47,758 nucleotides of DNA from a virus (Duplodnaviria; Caudoviricetes), in the IMG/VR virus record IMGVR_UViG_3300033076_000880, positions 1-47,758 of that record; one strand, 5' to 3'. Below, piece by piece: positions 43,971 to 47,758 of the stretch. The position numbers were made by a program, and so were the translations under genes. The notes beneath the pieces are model-generated. The model was not told the origin of the DNA and searched no databases. It saw only the letters and a program-made list of their open reading frames with translations. Each line of letters opens with the position of its first letter. Position 1 is the first letter of the stretch.

Positions 43971-44278
43971 TTGCGGCCTCCATCCTTGCGCTGCTTCGGG
44001 AGCACGCCGATGGCGGTTAGGGCTTGGCGGATGCAGTCTCCGTTTGAAACCGGAATGCGATTAACTTTCGCGTGATACTCAAAATCGTATAGCGCGTTTG
44101 CAGCCTTAACGATTAAGTCCTCCACATCATCTAGCGGAATGACGACGACGGGGATGGAGTAATTCCAACAGGTATTCGCGGTGCGCACTCGGCTGATATG
44201 CTGGATCGCGCACCTGGTGTCGCGCAGGTCGAGGGGGTTCGCCCACATGCGGCGGGCTTTCAGTTTCTTGGTCTTCAT
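43967..44278 (-). CDS. Hypothetical protein
   Basis: Coupled at both ends. Confidence 0.7.
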   Translation of the reverse strand: MKTKKLKARRMWANPLDLRDTRCAIQHISRVRTANTCWNYSIPVVVIPLDDVEDLIVKAANALYDFEYHAKVNRIPVSNGDCIRQALTAIGVLPKQRKDGGRK

Positions 44279-44829
44279 ATGATGTCCTCTGGTTCGATGT
44301 TTCGATTGATGGTTTTCGGAATGCTCATGGGGGTGACGGTGATCGTCTCCCCTGACGAGGGCACATGGAAAGACTTGGGCCCGGAGTTGTCGAGAACAAT
44401 TTCTGTGCTCTGGTGATTCTCTTCTGTGACGTCGGCCTCCTGCAGCTCGGATGCCTCGAGGTCCACGGTCGAGCCTTGGTTCTCGCGAGCGGCGATGAGC
44501 CCCTTGATGCGGTCTAGGATGGGCAAACCATGCACGCCGTTCGCGACGGACGACTCGTCCTTCACGAGCACTGCCTGCGGTGCCTTGCCGTAACCGCGCT
44601 CCAGGATCAGCTCGGCCGCTTTGAGCCGCATCGCGATGGGCGTGGCGGTGAGGTTGCCCTTGCCGTCGTCGTGCATGATCTTGCCGTCAAGGATGTCGGC
44701 CAAGAGCTGCACGGCGCGGACTGTGTGCTTGCGAGCCTCCACGACGACGGCGATGGGGTCGGTGCCCTGCGGACCACGACGACGGATGCTGGCTGGTGAA
44801 GCCCGAAGGGCGTGTTGGTCTGAGCGCAT
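44275..44829 (-). CDS. Putative terminase small subunit
   Basis: AR-x-HT-x2-A-x3-L ... R-x2-AA-x2-IL-x-RG-x-GK-x-PQ helical pattern; upstream of terL; TGATG coupling, start MRSDQH. Confidence 0.65.
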   Translation of the reverse strand: MRSDQHALRASPASIRRRGPQGTDPIAVVVEARKHTVRAVQLLADILDGKIMHDDGKGNLTATPIAMRLKAAELILERGYGKAPQAVLVKDESSVANGVHGLPILDRIKGLIAARENQGSTVDLEASELQEADVTEENHQSTEIVLDNSGPKSFHVPSSGETITVTPMSIPKTINRNIEPEDII

Positions 44830-45038
44830 CAGATGATGTCCTCCGCCGCGACGGGGGTGGCAGGCTTGGCGCGCCCGTAGCCGAGCTGTCTCTCGTAATG
44901 CTTCTGGCAATACGGCTTGCCAGCGACGACAGCCGACCCGCACAGGCGGCAGAGGCCACGCTTCTCACGCCGGAGTTGATAACGCCGCTGGTCGCTGATG
45001 TTGAGTGCGGAGAACTCGTCTTGGATGAGCTTAGGCAT
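44829..45038 (-). CDS. Small zinc-binding protein
   Basis: GLC-x2-CG ... YC-x2-H; start MPKLIQ. Confidence 0.75.
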   Translation of the reverse strand: MPKLIQDEFSALNISDQRRYQLRREKRGLCRLCGSAVVAGKPYCQKHYERQLGYGRAKPATPVAAEDII

Positions 45039-45309
45039 GGTCGTAGGAGAAAACCGGGATGATCCAGCAGACACACCAAGTCGTGCGCTCACAACGGACC
45101 TCCGAGGTAGCCAGGTATGCGTATTGCTTCGTGATGCTGTCGTAAACTTTCCGAGGCTCAGACCAGACGAAACAGGTGCGTCGATTGATGAACGCAGGGC
45201 TGGTCACGAACCGGCCCCACAGCTCGCGGACGACCAGACGGAGTCGTGTGAGTCCTTTGACCTGCGTCCGAGGGTCACGTTGCGACGCGATAAATTCTTC
45301 GCAGGTCAT
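45031..45309 (-). CDS. Hypothetical protein
   Basis: ATGA coupling; start MTCEEF. Confidence 0.6.
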   Translation of the reverse strand: MTCEEFIASQRDPRTQVKGLTRLRLVVRELWGRFVTSPAFINRRTCFVWSEPRKVYDSITKQYAYLATSEVRCERTTWCVCWIIPVFSYDHA

Positions 45310-45563
45310 GTGGTGGGGCAAACTCCTTTTGCGCGCTCCACAATTGCCCATCTATCTACCTCTCTGTCTTCAGGCATAACGGACGGGCCAGCGACTTTGT
45401 ATAAGTAACTTGAGCCGCCCGTTGAGCCATTTACGCGAGCCATGTTAATGCAATCAACTGCGGTTTCTCGGTCAGATGCAGTTATGATCTTGAAACCAAA
45501 AAGGATGATGCCGGAAAGCTCGGTGTTTTTAGGGACTACTGGCTCTTGATTTCTGTTTTTCAT
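45306..45563 (-). CDS. Hypothetical protein
   Basis: ATGA coupling; start MKNRNQ. Confidence 0.65.
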   Translation of the reverse strand: MKNRNQEPVVPKNTELSGIILFGFKIITASDRETAVDCINMARVNGSTGGSSYLYKVAGPSVMPEDREVDRWAIVERAKGVCPTT

Positions 45564-45817
45564 GGCGCAGGAGGAGTTGAGATTGGGGTGGCTGGCTTCT
45601 CGACAACCGGAGCGGGTCGATAACCAGCCTCGTAGGCTTTCTTCAGCTCCACGATGAGGGCGACTTTCTCTTGGGCCAGGGCGCAGACGATCTGGTCCAT
45701 GGGCGTATTCGCCATCCAGAGACGGTGGATGGTCGGATCGAGCCGCGCCCACTGGAGGAACGGCACGGACTTGGGCAGGGTGGGTTTCTTGGCGGGGGTC
45801 TGATCAGGCGGGTTCAT
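45560..45817 (-). CDS. Hypothetical protein, first gene of the - strand arm
   Basis: Start MNPPDQ with CCC-ATG context. Confidence 0.65.
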   Translation of the reverse strand: MNPPDQTPAKKPTLPKSVPFLQWARLDPTIHRLWMANTPMDQIVCALAQEKVALIVELKKAYEAGYRPAPVVEKPATPISTPPAP

Positions 45818-45842
45818 GGGCAGCACCGGATCAGCTTGGTCG

Positions 45843-46011
45843 TGAGTTGACAATAGCAAAGTTGAGAAATCTTTCGTGGGTGCGTGGGGTAGCGGTTTCC
45901 GAGTTGAGATAAGCTTTTCTTGAGCGATTTTGTGAGTGGGAGGTAGCCGATCAAGCTCTTTCGAGTTGAGATAAGCTTTTCTTGAGCGGTTTTGTGGGTG
46001 GGAGGTTGTCG
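45843..46011. repeat. 62-bp-period direct repeat (two close copies plus one degenerate)
   Basis: CGAGTTGAGATAAGCTTTTCTTGAGCG identical at 45900 and 45962; weaker copy near 45843. Confidence 0.9.
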
Positions 46012-46693
46012 GGGTGTCGGCGCGTCTGGATGGGACCACTTTTCTAGGGTAAACACCCTACCTCTGCGACGTTGCGACTCGGTCTCATTCGGCATCTCAA
46101 CTCTGCTCGATCGCAACTTAACATAATGACTCTTGTGCGTTAGAAGAGCCTGGGGTCATTACCCTATGGGTAAAATTCCCCAGTTGGCGCGTCGGTGCGT
46201 GGGCTACTGGGCTGTTTTGGTATACCAAACCACTCCTATGGTATACCAGTGCCTTGGCAGACAAGCGCTTGTCTCGAGTTTTTTGAATGATCAGCAAAGA
46301 GGCACATTTATGCCAAGGGTGACGCGGCGAAAAAGCGCTTTGCCAAATTTGCCACATTATTTGCAGTTGCCACACTTTCACCCCTGTTTTTTTTACTAGT
46401 TTAAATTTTTCTAATTATTATTTTTCTCTCTCTCTCTCTTTATTGATAGAGGAATGTGGTAGTGTGTAAAATAGGGGATGGGCTCAGAGGTAAATCGGGC
46501 TGACACACTAGCTGCCACACTATGCCACAATCCGAAAAATGTGCAAAAAAAAGTTTGACGGTGGCGGGTTTTCTCAACTCACTCTCTACCTCAACTCTTC
46601 TTTCCTATGAATTCACGTCAATTTCCCGTCTGTGATGTCCTTTGCTTTGTCGCTCTTTGCCTTCTTCTGGGCATCGGGCTAGCTTATTCGTTC

Positions 46694-46748
46694 TAACCAG
46701 AAAACCAGAAAACCAGCAAACCAGAAAACCAGAAAACTAGAAAACCAG
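46694..46748 (+). repeat. Tandem 8-bp repeat (AAAACCAG)n in the leader of ORF 46757
   Basis: About 6-7 near-perfect units. Confidence 0.9.
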
Positions 46749-46756
46749 TTAAACCT

Positions 46757-47431
46757 ATGACAACGCTAACCCACCTCACGCCCGTCTCATCTAATGCCAA
46801 GACTGGCCCGATTCCGGTCTCAACTTCTAGCGCTGACACTTGCCCACCGTCTTGCCCATTTAAATCGCAGGGATGTTACGCCAAATCTGGCCCACTTGCG
46901 TTGCACTGGGCAAAGGTCACATCCGGCGGACGCGGCATGAACTGGGAAACCTTTTGCGCCACCGTGGCCAAATTTCCCGTTGGTCAGTTGTGGCGTCACA
47001 ACCAAGCGGGCGACTTACCCGGCATCGGCGAAGCGATCGATCATCACGCACTGGGCCAGCTGACCAAAGCAAACCGCAATCGGCGTGGCTACACGTACAC
47101 CCACAAGCACACCACAGAAGCGAATCGCGAGGCGATTCGCAGCGCCAACGCGAACGGCTTTACGGTCAATCTGTCAGCCAACACACTCGCGCACGCTGAC
47201 ACACTGGCGGACACTAATTGCGGACCAGTTTGCGTTGTTTTGCCTGCAGACCAGAAAACTAACACCGTCACTCCCGCTGGCCGGAAAGTAGTAGTTTGTC
47301 CGGCCACCGTTCGCGACGATGTGACGTGCGCGTCTTGCAAGCTTTGCGCCGTTTCGAAACGGTCTGTCATTATCGGTTTTCCTGCTCACGGTACCGGGGC
47401 GAAGAAGGCCAGTGCCGTTGCCAGCGCATAA
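46757..47431 (+). CDS. Cys-rich Fe-S / radical-SAM-like phage protein (DUF7227/gp88-like)
   Basis: N-x-KTG, TCPPSCPF-x3-GCYA, R-x3-AGD, YTYTH, NLS, CPA ... TC-x2-C-x-LC, F-x2-HG. Confidence 0.82.
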   Translation: MTTLTHLTPVSSNAKTGPIPVSTSSADTCPPSCPFKSQGCYAKSGPLALHWAKVTSGGRGMNWETFCATVAKFPVGQLWRHNQAGDLPGIGEAIDHHALGQLTKANRNRRGYTYTHKHTTEANREAIRSANANGFTVNLSANTLAHADTLADTNCGPVCVVLPADQKTNTVTPAGRKVVVCPATVRDDVTCASCKLCAVSKRSVIIGFPAHGTGAKKASAVASA

Positions 47432-47486
47432 GGGGAAATAGAGCGCTGCGCAGCTTACCCGCTGCGCAGCTTTCCGTTTTCCTCTT

Positions 47487-47690
47487 ATGCCCAAAACATC
47501 ACTCGTCCCTGCTCTTTGGCAGGTTACCTTTCGCAAGGAAGGGAAAAAACTAGGCTGTCTATTCTTGACCGCATGCAATCGGCGTTTCGCTCTGTGGAAT
47601 GCTCGCGAGCGTGCGGAATATTGGCGTTTTTATCGCGAAGGAGCGGACACTGTGACGGCTAGCAAGTTGCCGAATCAAACCGCACGTTAA
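47487..47690 (+). CDS. Hypothetical protein
   Basis: 67-aa ORF ending immediately before the 8-bp array. Confidence 0.55.
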   Translation: MPKTSLVPALWQVTFRKEGKKLGCLFLTACNRRFALWNARERAEYWRFYREGADTVTASKLPNQTAR

Positions 47691-47691
47691 G

Positions 47692-47758
47692 CGCTGCCAC
47701 GCTGCCACGCTGCCACGCTGCCACGCTGCCACGCTGCCACGCTGCCACGCTGCCACGC
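47692..47758. repeat. Tandem 8-bp repeat (TGCCACGC)n, right part
   Basis: About 8.4 units running to the window end. Confidence 0.98.

Larger units (their letters stand above)
45818..46756. promoter_or_regulatory. Divergent control region (candidate origin/packaging/promoter region)
   Basis: ~940 bp with no credible gene between the two arms; AT-rich core 46385-46450, several palindromes and repeats. Confidence 0.65.

Noticed and set aside
45843-46011. 62-bp-period repeat as a mini-CRISPR array
   Set aside because: The sequence between the identical cores is also similar between copies, so it is a tandem duplication rather than repeat plus unique spacer.

Overview
Apparently complete, circularly permuted ~47.8 kb genome of a tailed phage with a contractile tail; the contig begins and ends in phase inside an 8-bp tandem array (TGCCACGC). 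The + strand arm (46757-47690, continuing 181-14563) carries small early genes, a DNA cytosine-methyltransferase-like gene and an APSE-type replication module (PriCT-2 primase-helicase, DUF2800-type nuclease, DUF2815-type SSB, family A polymerase, VRR-NUC, SNF2-type helicase). The - strand arm (45817-14565) carries small ORFs, terminase, portal, head, neck, sheath/tube, a chaperone with a -1 frameshift site, tape measure, baseplate, fibres and an atypical lysis block. I recognised no integrase, tRNA, CRISPR array or canonical endolysin. The most unusual element is a ~1.2 kb ORF-free cassette between terminase and portal. It holds a compact 300-nt tmRNA with a 34-codon tag ending LATV, embedded in a tandem array of 40-90 nt stem-closed RNA-like units, one of which is a minihelix ending in ACCA. 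Also notable: a shared acidic-Ile/Val-Ile/Val C-terminus on several unrelated proteins, two fibre proteins with signal-peptide-like N-termini, and a papain-like Cys-His-Glu protein where the endolysin would be expected. Family names come from motif recognition and synteny, not from database searches.
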